From: Escherichia phage Phi1
Length of the DNA stretch: 64,000 nucleotides
Direction: 5' to 3' (one strand)
Sequence record: EF437941
The notes beneath the pieces are model-generated. The model was given only the letters and a program-made list of their open reading frames with translations. It did not search any database and had not been told where the DNA came from. The position numbers were made by a program, and so were the translations under genes. This document shows positions 9,668 to 19,674 of this stretch, piece by piece; position 1 is the stretch's first letter; every line of letters begins with the position of its first letter.

Positions 9668-10192
9668 TTAGTAGCCGCGTTCTTGACGGGCGAAGTTTTC
9701 AGCATTTTTCAGATAGTACAGAATAAAGAGTTCTTGAGCCTCAATACCCAGCGGGATCATCTTTGACAGAATGAAGTGGATAGCGTCCACAAATTCAAAT
9801 TTCACTTCAAGCTGATCTTCTGGTGACAGTTCAGAGAATTTACGCGCTCGCGCTTCCCCGTGGTTCTTTTTCCACATTTTCCAGATTGCGCTTGCATCTT
9901 TACCGTTGGACATTCCACCCAGCGATGTGTAAAGCTCTCGTGTTTCGTCTGCGATAGCGTCATCCATCCGTTGCATCCAATCCAGCATTTCACCGCAAGT
10001 CTCTAGCTTAGTTGGATTTGGGACCCAATCAAATTTTTCGGATAATGCAACCTGCAAACCAGTTTGCATTTCGAGCATCACCTGAAACGGATCTTTACCT
10101 TCTGCAATCGCGTGATGATATGCGGCGATAGCCGCGTTAATATCTTTTTCGTTAACCAGACCAGCACAAGAATTAAATTCTGACATATTCAC
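9668..10192 (-). CDS. 56: dCTP pyrophosphatase gp56 (MazG-like)
   Basis: 174 aa; C-terminal LYYLKNAENFARQERGY and central MazG-like helices match T4 gp56 as remembered. Confidence 0.8.
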   Translation of the reverse strand: MNMSEFNSCAGLVNEKDINAAIAAYHHAIAEGKDPFQVMLEMQTGLQVALSEKFDWVPNPTKLETCGEMLDWMQRMDDAIADETRELYTSLGGMSNGKDASAIWKMWKKNHGEARARKFSELSPEDQLEVKFEFVDAIHFILSKMIPLGIEAQELFILYYLKNAENFARQERGY

Positions 10193-10200
10193 CTCATTAA

Positions 10201-11229
10201 TTAAAATTTACAATATTTCATAAACCGCATTTTAGCCATCAGACCTTGTACGGTGTTCTCTTTGATGTATTCCATGATCTGGTCGCGTGTAGCGCCCTCG
10301 TCCTGAATCATGGCATTAACGTCTTTAGAATGCCACGGGCAACGATCCCACAAAACAATCTTTTCCCCTGCATTGATAAACTTTTCCAGTCGGTGCATTG
10401 TATCGGCTGACCGTGGTTCCGCATCAAGTACAAACACTCGTTGGTCTGGGAAAGGGATTTCATCTAATCCCAACGTACCGCCAGTAATTGCACACCCGTT
10501 ATCAATAAACAATGAATCGATCGGACCTTCTAAGAAATACACTGGTTTACTCGGATCGGCGCGTTCAAGACCATAGACCTTACTCGCTAACTCGTGAGTT
10601 TTAATCGTCATATATTTGGTCTTTCCGTAATCCTTTCTCAATGCTCGCCCCTGAATGGATTCTATCTTGTTCTCGCGGTTAAAGATAGGAATCACTAAAC
10701 GCGGTTCAGGTTGTGGATTCTTGAAAGTATCAGCCTTAATGTGATTTGCTACCTTTTGCCATTCTCTCGTGAAATACAGAAGATCCCATTTATCGTGGGG
10801 AATGCAACGATCACTGACATACTTTATTATAGGATGATTAGCCGGAAGAGTATCTAATCTCTCGCAGAAAGGCAATGTTTGCACTTTCTTAATCTCCGGC
10901 TTTTCTACCTTTTTCAGTGGCTTGAACGTGGTGTTCTTGTGGTCGCCTTGTTCCTTCCGTCGTTCCATAAGCCATTCCCTGAATAGGTCCGGCTTATATT
11001 GTTTGAGAAATTCACCTAACGGCTGATTGTAGTTACAGTTGAAACAGCCGCAACGCAAACTATCCTTATAGGTATAGATACGGAATCGCGCTTGAGTATG
11101 ATTTTTCTTTGAGTCACCGCAGATCGGACAACTACAGACCAGCGTAAATGAGCTAGTATGCAACCGTTTAAAATTTCGTTCGCCGTATATGGCTTTTTCC
11201 GCTATTTCATAATCTGCGTAGTAAATCAT
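10201..11229 (-). CDS. 61: DNA primase gp61
   Basis: 342 aa; N-terminal CPICGD zinc ribbon, Toprim-like core, C-terminal MAKMR..KY; same length as T4 gp61. Confidence 0.9.
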   Translation of the reverse strand: MIYYADYEIAEKAIYGERNFKRLHTSSFTLVCSCPICGDSKKNHTQARFRIYTYKDSLRCGCFNCNYNQPLGEFLKQYKPDLFREWLMERRKEQGDHKNTTFKPLKKVEKPEIKKVQTLPFCERLDTLPANHPIIKYVSDRCIPHDKWDLLYFTREWQKVANHIKADTFKNPQPEPRLVIPIFNRENKIESIQGRALRKDYGKTKYMTIKTHELASKVYGLERADPSKPVYFLEGPIDSLFIDNGCAITGGTLGLDEIPFPDQRVFVLDAEPRSADTMHRLEKFINAGEKIVLWDRCPWHSKDVNAMIQDEGATRDQIMEYIKENTVQGLMAKMRFMKYCKF

Positions 11230-11238
11230 AATAACCTC

Positions 11239-11442
11239 TTATAGCTCAAATTTCATGAAAGTTCCTACACTTTCATTTTCATTCTCTCCGTTTTCATCTA
11301 AGCCAAATTTATAGACACTACCATCTGGCGATGTGTAAGAGAATACACGAAAACGGCCTACCGGATCAAGTTCTGTAAATTCATATTCTTTTCCGGCTTC
11401 AAAAAGTGCATATGTGCTTTTAAGACATTTCATCGTAATCAT
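11239..11442 (-). CDS. hypothetical protein
   Basis: 67-aa ORF. Confidence 0.5.
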   Translation of the reverse strand: MITMKCLKSTYALFEAGKEYEFTELDPVGRFRVFSYTSPDGSVYKFGLDENGENENESVGTFMKFEL

Positions 11443-11582
11443 TTAAGCGCCACCGACAACAGAATGAGAACTACACCAACATACATTGTGATCTCGGATA
11501 ACTTTTCTGTTTTTGTTTTGTGTCCAGATAATCCGAAAACAACAACACCGATAATAGCGGACAGCAAGCCAACGATAAACAT
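11439..11582 (-). CDS. small membrane protein (47 aa)
   Basis: manual translation MFIVGLLSAIIGVVVFGLSG...; stop overlaps next ATG. Confidence 0.4.
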   Translation of the reverse strand: MFIVGLLSAIIGVVVFGLSGHKTKTEKLSEITMYVGVVLILLSVALK

Positions 11583-11589
11583 GATGATA

Positions 11590-11766
11590 CTAAGCACCGT
11601 CTTTCTCCTTTTTGCGTTTTTCTTTACCCGCTACACTAGGTCCACGATTGGTAATAGATCCGTTCGTTTCACCTGCTGCGATCTTCTCAGGATTGCCGCC
11701 AGCATCGCCAGCGGTCATATCTTCTTTGAGTTTATTTTCTTCAACAAACTGTTTAAAGCCAATCAT
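11590..11766 (-). CDS. small protein (58 aa)
   Basis: manual translation MIGFKQFVEENKLKEDMTAGDAGG...; ATGA overlap with upstream gene. Confidence 0.4.
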   Translation of the reverse strand: MIGFKQFVEENKLKEDMTAGDAGGNPEKIAAGETNGSITNRGPSVAGKEKRKKEKDGA

Positions 11767-12140
11767 AGAATAATCTCTTTCAGTAAGTCAACAATCTGGT
11801 CTTTTGTCAGTTTATCCTGATTCTCTACAATCTTGATAACACAAGCGTTAACATCTTTTCGAGTCACGCGGGAGATCGTTTTAATACGATGAAACGGTTC
11901 GTAGAAATATACTGCTTCATTATAGAGAGCGGATACTTTACGACGCATTTGATCTTTATCCGACAAGAAAACAAGTGCTGTTTTATGACCTTCTACACCC
12001 GCCACGTTATATAGTTCAGCAACACCCCAGCGACCGTCCGGTTCAATCATTCCGGCGTGTTTACCGTCGATAAAAATAAGAATATCTCCGTTGAATGCGG
12101 TTTTGAATGCTACATCTTCCGGCGTAATCATATTTTTCAT
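11763..12140 (-). CDS. hypothetical protein
   Basis: 125-aa ORF. Confidence 0.55.
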   Translation of the reverse strand: MKNMITPEDVAFKTAFNGDILIFIDGKHAGMIEPDGRWGVAELYNVAGVEGHKTALVFLSDKDQMRRKVSALYNEAVYFYEPFHRIKTISRVTRKDVNACVIKIVENQDKLTKDQIVDLLKEIIL

Positions 12141-12170
12141 AATATAGTCTCCTTAGAGTTTCATTATAAA

Positions 12171-12806
12171 TTAATCTAATGTAGAAAGCAAATGTTTTGT
12201 TTCTTTCAGTTGTCGTTCAAGATTTTTGCGTTTCTCTTTAAGTTGCATTTTAGCATTATTTCGCTCTCTTGTAACCTCTTTATCAATGCTCTTATTCCAG
12301 TTATCAATATCAGAATAAGTTGGCATACCCAATTCTAGACCTAATGCGGTTGGATGCAGGGTAACAGTCCATAAACCGCTAATCTTCTTAAACAGGTCTG
12401 GGTGTATTGTACTACCTACATCTTCCGGTGTCAACTCTTTTTCTTCTTTCAGTGGTGGGGTCTCGTCATATGGTTCCAGTGCATTTACTTTAATATCAGA
12501 TACCTCATCAAAGAATCCTCGTACATCCGCAGGAAATACACAAGCAATTTCCCAACCGTGATCACGCAGAGAAGTAATATTTTTCACTCCCCCACCATGT
12601 GTGATGATTGATGTGACATTGCCATCAAGGTCCACCGAATTTACGAGAAATGGCTTATCGTCTGTCAGATCATTATAAAACTGTGCTTCGGCTGTAGTCA
12701 TCTCCAGAAACAGATCTCGGATCGGACGACCATCAGGTGCGTTACCTTCCTTGAGAGTATAAAAGCGACTTACGATCCATTTTGGCGGTAAAGCATTAGC
12801 GATCAT
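12171..12806 (-). CDS. hypothetical protein
   Basis: 211-aa ORF with C-terminal coiled coil. Confidence 0.55.
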   Translation of the reverse strand: MIANALPPKWIVSRFYTLKEGNAPDGRPIRDLFLEMTTAEAQFYNDLTDDKPFLVNSVDLDGNVTSIITHGGGVKNITSLRDHGWEIACVFPADVRGFFDEVSDIKVNALEPYDETPPLKEEKELTPEDVGSTIHPDLFKKISGLWTVTLHPTALGLELGMPTYSDIDNWNKSIDKEVTRERNNAKMQLKEKRKNLERQLKETKHLLSTLD

Positions 12807-12856
12807 GTTATATCTCCTATCAAATCATTCACCAGCGCCCCGCAGGGCGCATTTTA

Positions 12857-14269
12857 TTAGAAAGTCATGTTATTTGCTAGCTCGTCGAGTTTTTCTCGTT
12901 TCTCGGCTTGCTGTGCGCTTTGTGGTTTAACTTGTGCATTCTCCTGATCTGCGATCTGGTTTGGTACTTCATACCAACGCTGATTGCCTTTTTTCACACC
13001 AACGTTAAACCGTGAATAATAGTTCTTGTCACCGTAACGAGACTTGATCTGCTTCATGAGTTGAACGCCCATTTTAGCCAGGTCTTCGGTTTCGATAACA
13101 CCCAACATAAAATCGGCTGTAGCCGGAAGACCTGCTGATTCAGCGGTATCACTCATGTTAAGGTCGGAAGCATCCCAACCCGCGCGGGTAGTCTGTGCCG
13201 CAGTCCAACCAACAACATCCCACTTAACAAAAAATCCTCGCAGTTCTTCCGCAATCGCCTTAACTAGTGTGTAACTATTTTCAGAGTATACACGCAAGCG
13301 AGACGATGCGCAAATCCCCAGATAGTCAACAATCACAACATCAGGTTTAAACTGTTTCTTGAGTCGCAATTCATTCATTAACGCCTCAAAGTGATTGGAG
13401 TTCGCGCCACCAGTCGGATACTGCTTGATCATCAATTTTCCAACCGGACGATCTCCGATCTTCTTATTCTTAACACGCTTCATACGTGCTGAATATTCCG
13501 CAAAAGAAACATTACCATTATCCAATTCATCTAATGTAATGTCAAGCAAGTTTGCGTCGATACGTTTGGCTACGACATGCTCTGCCATCTCCATTGAGAT
13601 ATACAATACATCATAACCACATTCCATATAATCCGCAGCAAGAGAACACAATCCAAGCGATTTACCAACATTTACACCAGCAAGCAACACATTTAGCGTT
13701 TTTCTTTCCGCCCCTCCTTTCGTGATTTTATTCAACATCGGCAGCTTAAACGGGATCTTATTCGCTTTAGTCTGATATAGCAAGAATCGTTTTTCAAAGT
13801 CATTAAACCAGTCATGACCTACATCAGAATCAAACGTAATGGATAGTGCTTCCTGCATGATCTCAGGAATAGCTCCCTCACTCGGCAATTTCTTATTCTG
13901 TTTCTCTTTTGGTAGTTGTGCGTTCGCCTGAATCTCTAGCGCCCGTGACATTGCATTATACATGGCACGGTCACGAATAAATTTTTCGGTTTCCTTCATT
14001 AACCAATCAAGGTCTTCCGGTGTATTCTCCAGCGAATCGAGAAGAGTTTTAGCCCCTTCATATGTTGTCTGATTGCCTCTCTCCTTGTCCAAAGCAATCT
14101 GTAATGCAGTTGGCGTAGGAATATTGGAATATTCGTCTACGTGCTTTTTAATCAGCTTATAAATCAGTTTTTCTTCGTCTTCGGTGAAGTAGTCCGCTTT
14201 AAGGTGAGGCCATACATTCGTAAAGAATGCGCCATTGTAAATCAACTGTGAAAAGATAGTTTTAATCAT
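12857..14269 (-). CDS. 41: replicative DNA helicase gp41 (DnaB-like)
   Basis: 470 aa; Walker A GVNVGKS; RecA-fold C-terminal domain. Confidence 0.9.
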   Translation of the reverse strand: MIKTIFSQLIYNGAFFTNVWPHLKADYFTEDEEKLIYKLIKKHVDEYSNIPTPTALQIALDKERGNQTTYEGAKTLLDSLENTPEDLDWLMKETEKFIRDRAMYNAMSRALEIQANAQLPKEKQNKKLPSEGAIPEIMQEALSITFDSDVGHDWFNDFEKRFLLYQTKANKIPFKLPMLNKITKGGAERKTLNVLLAGVNVGKSLGLCSLAADYMECGYDVLYISMEMAEHVVAKRIDANLLDITLDELDNGNVSFAEYSARMKRVKNKKIGDRPVGKLMIKQYPTGGANSNHFEALMNELRLKKQFKPDVVIVDYLGICASSRLRVYSENSYTLVKAIAEELRGFFVKWDVVGWTAAQTTRAGWDASDLNMSDTAESAGLPATADFMLGVIETEDLAKMGVQLMKQIKSRYGDKNYYSRFNVGVKKGNQRWYEVPNQIADQENAQVKPQSAQQAEKREKLDELANNMTF

Positions 14270-14583
14270 ACATAGCCCCCAACTACACGCATAACAAAGG
14301 TCTTGAGTTTATACCAGAAAGTTTCTTTTTTCAACTTTTCTTCTGCTTCTTTGATCTGCGCGGTTAACGCCTTAATGACGTGTGGATATACCACATCACG
14401 ATCTGACGGCGTGGAGTAGTCGACCACAATACCTTTAGTGTCTGGATCGTATTCAACATTATGAATATAGACAATATGATGTTCTCCCTCTTCATCAACA
14501 ATTATCAGTTCCTGAATAACTGTCTTCATTGCTTCTTGAATCAAGCCGTGTGCTTCTTCTAAACTTGTTGGCTTCTTATCCAT
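14266..14583 (-). CDS. hypothetical protein (gene 40 position)
   Basis: 105-aa ORF between gp41 and uvsX. Confidence 0.5.
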   Translation of the reverse strand: MDKKPTSLEEAHGLIQEAMKTVIQELIIVDEEGEHHIVYIHNVEYDPDTKGIVVDYSTPSDRDVVYPHVIKALTAQIKEAEEKLKKETFWYKLKTFVMRVVGGYV

Positions 14584-14605
14584 AATATAATCCTCTCTAG
14601 ATATG

Positions 14606-14625
14606 AAAAAGGGGCACGTAGCCCC
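14606..14625 (-). terminator. rho-independent terminator
   Basis: GGGGCACGTAGCCCC hairpin followed by T-run on minus strand, downstream of uvsX. Confidence 0.55.
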
Positions 14626-14638
14626 TTTACTACCATTG

Positions 14639-15709
14639 TTATGCTAACATATCTTCGATTTCTTTGTCAACTGCTTCGTCGCTGATCACTTGCCCCAGCT
14701 TATAATGATCGTTGATTGCTTCGTTAAACTTATCGTTTGTCAGAAGTGGTTTCCAGAACTCAATGCTATTGGTTTCTTTAGCACGGAACTTGCGTTCTTC
14801 GGTTTCCATCTCTCCGGTCTCAGTATTCAGGATTGAACGAGAATACCAGCCGTTTGACGGTTTCACTACCCAGCCTAACTCTACAGCCAACTCCAGCAAA
14901 CCGGAATAAGGATCGATGCCACCGCTAAATGTTACGCTAATCGGGAACTTAGATTTTTCTTTAACGGTTCGTGATTTTTCCGCATTCAGGATAAAATCAT
15001 AACCAGTAATTTCGGTTCCTTCTTTCTGCTGACGACGACCAATAATAAAAACTTCATTGGCTGAATACATTGCGCCAGTACCGCCGGACATAACGGTCTT
15101 ACTAAACATTTCTTGCGTTTCGTAAGTGTGGTTAATAGCGATGCACGGGATATCATTCATAGTCAGATACGGCGTAACCATACGGAACAAGCCTTTAAGT
15201 GCTTTAGCTCGCGTCATATCCTGTGCGGATTTCTCATTAATCGCGTCTTCAACTTCTTTTTTACTTGCTAAGTTACCGATTGAGTCAATAAAGATGATCA
15301 CTTTATCTTCACGGGTAATTTGCTCAAGCTGGTTCATGATTTCAAATTTAAGTTCTTCGATGTTCTTGATTGGAACATGCACCACGCGATCAGGATCTAC
15401 ACCCATAGATTCAAGATAAGCGGATGTAATACCGAACTCAGAATCAAAGAACAAACACGCCGCATCAGGATTCTGTTTCATGTATGCACTAACGCAAGTT
15501 AATCCCATGTTTGATTTAAAGTGCTTAGACGGACCAGCAAAGAAAATCAGACCAGATTGAAAGCCTTTTTTAAGATCACCTGAAAACGCAATATTCAGCA
15601 TCGGGATCTTAGTGCGAGTATTTGTTTTTTCGTTAAAGAAGCTGGATTTAGACAGTACCGCAGTAGTTTTCAGGGTAGAGTTCTTTTTCAGTTTTTCCAG
15701 TACAGACAT
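14639..15709 (-). CDS. uvsX: UvsX recombinase (RecA-like)
   Basis: 356 aa; Walker A GPSKHFKS; RecA core. Confidence 0.9.
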   Translation of the reverse strand: MSVLEKLKKNSTLKTTAVLSKSSFFNEKTNTRTKIPMLNIAFSGDLKKGFQSGLIFFAGPSKHFKSNMGLTCVSAYMKQNPDAACLFFDSEFGITSAYLESMGVDPDRVVHVPIKNIEELKFEIMNQLEQITREDKVIIFIDSIGNLASKKEVEDAINEKSAQDMTRAKALKGLFRMVTPYLTMNDIPCIAINHTYETQEMFSKTVMSGGTGAMYSANEVFIIGRRQQKEGTEITGYDFILNAEKSRTVKEKSKFPISVTFSGGIDPYSGLLELAVELGWVVKPSNGWYSRSILNTETGEMETEERKFRAKETNSIEFWKPLLTNDKFNEAINDHYKLGQVISDEAVDKEIEDMLA

Positions 15710-15720
15710 TATTAATACCT

Positions 15721-15948
15721 CTATTCAGTTAATCCGTAATACTTTAATTGCTTCATTGTTATTCGATCTTTGTAGTGCTCTTGAATTAACTTTTTCATCG
15801 CATCAACATCGATCGTCACAAATACTTCGTTGCTGTGATTTCCGTGAACTTTCTTGAAATGCTCTATGCCTTCCTCACGTTCGCGTTTAATCTTTTCAAT
15901 GTCTCTCATAATATATTTCTCACGTTGGCGGGTATCGTCACCCAACAC
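15721..15948 (-). CDS. hypothetical protein
   Basis: 75-aa ORF between DNA polymerase and uvsX, where T4 carries beta-gt and gene 42. Confidence 0.5.
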   Translation of the reverse strand: MLGDDTRQREKYIMRDIEKIKREREEGIEHFKKVHGNHSNEVFVTIDVDAMKKLIQEHYKDRITMKQLKYYGLTE

Positions 15949-15970
15949 CCGCCATTATACACACTTTATC

Positions 15971-18649
15971 TTAAATGTCAAACAGGTCCGTAAGCGATGC
16001 CACCTTTTCATATTGCAGCTTTGCAGCCGTGGTAATGTTCTCAAGCGGTTTGACGAAAGTCTTATTAAACAACAAAGGCCAGTCTAACCACTTCAACACT
16101 TCTGATTCAATTTCTGGAGGAATACGAGTACCAGACAACCAACCAAAACAGATTTCTCCAAACGGATTTCGATCTTTAAGCGGTACAATCATAACCTTCT
16201 CGCCTTCACGAATCGGATCTAGTCCGAATTTTCGAGCATTACGATTATAACACAATACACTCTTAACCGCATACGGACAACCCTTAATCGGATACCCGTT
16301 TGAATCGCTGTATTTCTGTAGGTTGTTTGCCGATGATACCGCAGCAACCTCAAGATAGTCAAGTTTTCTAAACTCTTGCTCAAAAATACCGTAGTATTCC
16401 TGCAATGACTCTTCACCTTCCTGCAACATACGGCGAATACATTCTTTCAGTGATTTCTGACATGCTTTAGGTGTAGAACTACGCTGTGTTTCCAAACCCA
16501 TGATTTTTAGCTTAGGTTCAGCAAAGCGCGTTCCTTCCATATCCCAAACATTAAGAGCATAGCGTTTTTTACCCGTCCAGAATCCACCGATACCCGCAGA
16601 TTTCAACGGAGGACCAGCAATTGCCTCACGGTCCATAAACATCAAGTGCTCGTAGTTGTTCATGTACTCGCATAACTCGCGATATCCCTTGTCGATAATA
16701 GGTTCCATTCGATGTTTACCGAAATTATCAAGGAAGTCAACAAGTTTTTCGGTATCGTCGAAACGGTCTTCCCCGCCAACCTTATCAATAACATTATTAA
16801 CCAGCACATAAACGGAGTCAGTATCACAATAACGAACATATGCAAAATCGGTTGTTCCGCAAAGCTCGTTTAAGTATTCGTTAATCTTACGCTCAATCCA
16901 CTGAATTGCAAGCTGACCGAACAGTGTGATCGCACTCGCGTTACGGAGATCATAAAAACGGAATTTAGGATTCCCCAACGCACCATAAAGGGAGTTGATC
17001 AAAACTTTACGAGAAAGCTGGTTTGTATTGCACAAGATCGACTCGTCTTTACATTCTTCCAGCAATTTCTCTAAGGCATCTTTACTTAATTCAGAAAGCA
17101 TCGATTTAAACGCTTCATCAAAGTCGTGACGCACTTCAACGCTATAGCTAATGGTTCCCCCATAAACATGATTTTCATCGTGTAGAATCGCTTTACAGAG
17201 TTCAGCATTGCGATCACATGCCAACATCATGTTTTTGTACTGCTTACGCTGATCGAATACCTTTTTAATCTCAATCGGTACGATACCATGAATATCTTTT
17301 CGATACATCCACCCGTTAGGCGAGCAAGAATACTCATCACTAGGACGCGGTGCAGTTTTATTGATATACGCGTGCATCGGTGCAGCATCAAAAGATCCCG
17401 CGATTGTTTCAGGCGAAATATTAACCTGTCGAATAATAGATGGATACAGACTTGTCAAGTCAAAGCTCATCATCCAACGGTAAGCATTCGGCACAGGTTC
17501 TTTTACGAATGCGCCAGGATAAGTCTGCTTCGGCTGTATCTTGTTCTCTGGTACTACTTTACCCTCAGCTTTCAGAGATCCGAAGATAATAGCATCCCAT
17601 ACTTTCATCGGGTTATAAACATGGTTAAATTTAATCTTTGCATAGAAACATAGGCTATACACCAGATCAATAAAACCACGCTTTTTATCAATCGCCAGCA
17701 CACGATCAACGTCGCCGATGTTATAATCGATGTAAAGTTGATGGTTGTCATCACGCAATTTCTTTAACGGACCATCATAATCAACCTTACCGATTCCGGT
17801 CTCATATTCAGCAACATAATCTAATGCATATGTTGGTTGAGTCGTAAAGCTAAATTTCTTGTACAGGTCAATATAATCAAGGCTTTCGATCCCCATGATC
17901 GTAAATGCTTCACGCTCGTTGCCAAAATCATCCTGTGAGATTCGGGATTTAATCTTACCGCACGGGCTTAGACGGTTAGCGGTTCTACTTCCGAACTTAT
18001 TACTGATACGTTTAATGATATATGGAATATCGAATGTTTCTGTGTTCCAGCCAGTGAAACCAACGGGTCGGTTTTCCTCAAAGAATCGGATGTATTCTAA
18101 TAGCAATTCATCTTCTGTGTCATAGACGTTATAAACAACGCGCTCTACAATATCAGGTCGAAGAATAGACTTGCTTGCTTCCCAGATTTCACCGCTTTTT
18201 CCTTTCAAATCAAATACAAAGAAACGATCATGCACGGAATCATAATGCGTAATTGCATCGATAGGATATTTCGCTTCTTCTGGTTTAGGAAATTCCGGTG
18301 CAGTGACCTCGATATCAACCCATGCTACACGGATTTTATTTCGGTCATATCGAATCTCGCCTTTATACGTATCGGACAGATATGAGATGATAAAATCATC
18401 CATCCCTAGTGCCTCTTGCCCCATTTCTCCCATCTTTTTACGCCATTTGTTGGCCTCGTTCATAGATGGGAATTTTTTAGCAATGCAAGGCTTGCCATAG
18501 ATATCTTTATAATTCGTAACCATACCAGGCGCGGCATGATGAAATAAAGTTGGCGTGTATTCAACGTAACGCTCTTGTTCTTGTCCAACATCATCAATAT
18601 AACGCTCGTAGATCTTATCACCCACTCGCTCACATGACAGAAAATACAT
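15971..18649 (-). CDS. 43: DNA polymerase gp43 (family B)
   Basis: exo motifs, DxxSLYPS and YGDTDS polymerase motifs; start set at internal ATG with AAGGAG RBS (MYFLSCERVG). Confidence 0.95.
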   Translation of the reverse strand: MYFLSCERVGDKIYERYIDDVGQEQERYVEYTPTLFHHAAPGMVTNYKDIYGKPCIAKKFPSMNEANKWRKKMGEMGQEALGMDDFIISYLSDTYKGEIRYDRNKIRVAWVDIEVTAPEFPKPEEAKYPIDAITHYDSVHDRFFVFDLKGKSGEIWEASKSILRPDIVERVVYNVYDTEDELLLEYIRFFEENRPVGFTGWNTETFDIPYIIKRISNKFGSRTANRLSPCGKIKSRISQDDFGNEREAFTIMGIESLDYIDLYKKFSFTTQPTYALDYVAEYETGIGKVDYDGPLKKLRDDNHQLYIDYNIGDVDRVLAIDKKRGFIDLVYSLCFYAKIKFNHVYNPMKVWDAIIFGSLKAEGKVVPENKIQPKQTYPGAFVKEPVPNAYRWMMSFDLTSLYPSIIRQVNISPETIAGSFDAAPMHAYINKTAPRPSDEYSCSPNGWMYRKDIHGIVPIEIKKVFDQRKQYKNMMLACDRNAELCKAILHDENHVYGGTISYSVEVRHDFDEAFKSMLSELSKDALEKLLEECKDESILCNTNQLSRKVLINSLYGALGNPKFRFYDLRNASAITLFGQLAIQWIERKINEYLNELCGTTDFAYVRYCDTDSVYVLVNNVIDKVGGEDRFDDTEKLVDFLDNFGKHRMEPIIDKGYRELCEYMNNYEHLMFMDREAIAGPPLKSAGIGGFWTGKKRYALNVWDMEGTRFAEPKLKIMGLETQRSSTPKACQKSLKECIRRMLQEGEESLQEYYGIFEQEFRKLDYLEVAAVSSANNLQKYSDSNGYPIKGCPYAVKSVLCYNRNARKFGLDPIREGEKVMIVPLKDRNPFGEICFGWLSGTRIPPEIESEVLKWLDWPLLFNKTFVKPLENITTAAKLQYEKVASLTDLFDI

Positions 18650-18681
18650 AATATAAACTCCTTCACTTACGAAAGACACTC

Positions 18682-18710
18682 ATTATAGGGGAATCGACTT
18701 AGTTTGTCAA
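18682..18710 (-). promoter_or_regulatory. promoter upstream of gene 43
   Basis: TTGACA-N17-TATAAT on minus strand, about 30 nt before the polymerase ATG. Confidence 0.5.
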
Positions 18711-18731
18711 TACCCCTATCCCATCAGTATC

Positions 18732-19094
18732 TTAGCGTCCGATCTGATATTTCTCGATCAGCGTCCACTCTTCTTTCTGTTTGAAAGACAGTACACGGAA
18801 ATTATTAACTTCGGTAGTTTCAAAATCACTATCAATCAAGGTACACAGATTCCACTGCGCCAGAAGTTTTGCAATGTTATTACGGCGTAATTCATCTTCC
18901 CACGTCATTTTAACACTACGACCATCTAATTTCAACAACTCCTTGAAATGAACGATGTAATAGCGCCCCTTCTTCTGGAGAATATGACAAGACTGATACA
19001 GTGTCTTGTCTCGATTGTTGGCAATGCCGCAGCGGGTTAAAGTTTCCTTAATTTTAAGGAAGTTTTCAGGACTAATCAAATTAATTTCAATCAT
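18732..19094 (-). CDS. regA: translational repressor RegA
   Basis: 120 aa; near-collinear match to T4 RegA as remembered. Confidence 0.9.
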   Translation of the reverse strand: MIEINLISPENFLKIKETLTRCGIANNRDKTLYQSCHILQKKGRYYIVHFKELLKLDGRSVKMTWEDELRRNNIAKLLAQWNLCTLIDSDFETTEVNNFRVLSFKQKEEWTLIEKYQIGR

Positions 19095-19095
19095 T

Positions 19096-19674
19096 TTACC
19101 ACCTTTCTATAATCTTTTTAAGTCGTTTCCTTTCTGTCTGATTCTGAGTAACACCCGCAAAAAGTTCATCGGTCGCATACGGTTTAATGTGCTTCAATAA
19201 CTTGTCCATATATCCCTTTTCATTAGCCAAATCGAGATAAAACCGGGCGTCATCCATATTTACACAATATGCTTTCGCCACTGCCATTAAAACCAATTTT
19301 TGGTCCAATTCTTCTGTTAGTTTAGCCCATTTACCGTATCGTTTCCCCTTAGAAATACTCTGTAAGAGATAATCAAAATGCATTTGATCTGGGAGGCCAT
19401 GACCGATTAAATTCATCACATACGCGCTATATAGACAATCTGCGTGCTGGGAAAGAGCGGTGTTAATCCATCTCTGGTTATATGCAGAATTGTTTCCCAC
19501 ATTAACGCGCTGTTTATCTAAGGTGATATGATCCATCAGAGCAAATAATGCATTGTCGGTTTTCTCGGTGAATGTATCCGCTAATTCAGACACCTTTTCC
19601 CAATCACGAGAGCGCCATGCAATTTCATGCTCGTTTAATTGTGTATCATCTTCACCGAAAAATTGACCTAACAT
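19096..19674 (-). CDS. 62: clamp loader small subunit gp62
   Basis: 192 aa; position between regA and gp44. Confidence 0.8.
   Translation of the reverse strand: MLGQFFGEDDTQLNEHEIAWRSRDWEKVSELADTFTEKTDNALFALMDHITLDKQRVNVGNNSAYNQRWINTALSQHADCLYSAYVMNLIGHGLPDQMHFDYLLQSISKGKRYGKWAKLTEELDQKLVLMAVAKAYCVNMDDARFYLDLANEKGYMDKLLKHIKPYATDELFAGVTQNQTERKRLKKIIERW

Noticed and set aside
12810-12856. Terminator between gene 41 and the upstream ORF
   Set aside because: The GCGCCCCGCAGGGCGC hairpin has its T-run on the plus strand, not the coding minus strand; more likely an RNA-stability hairpin or plus-strand terminator
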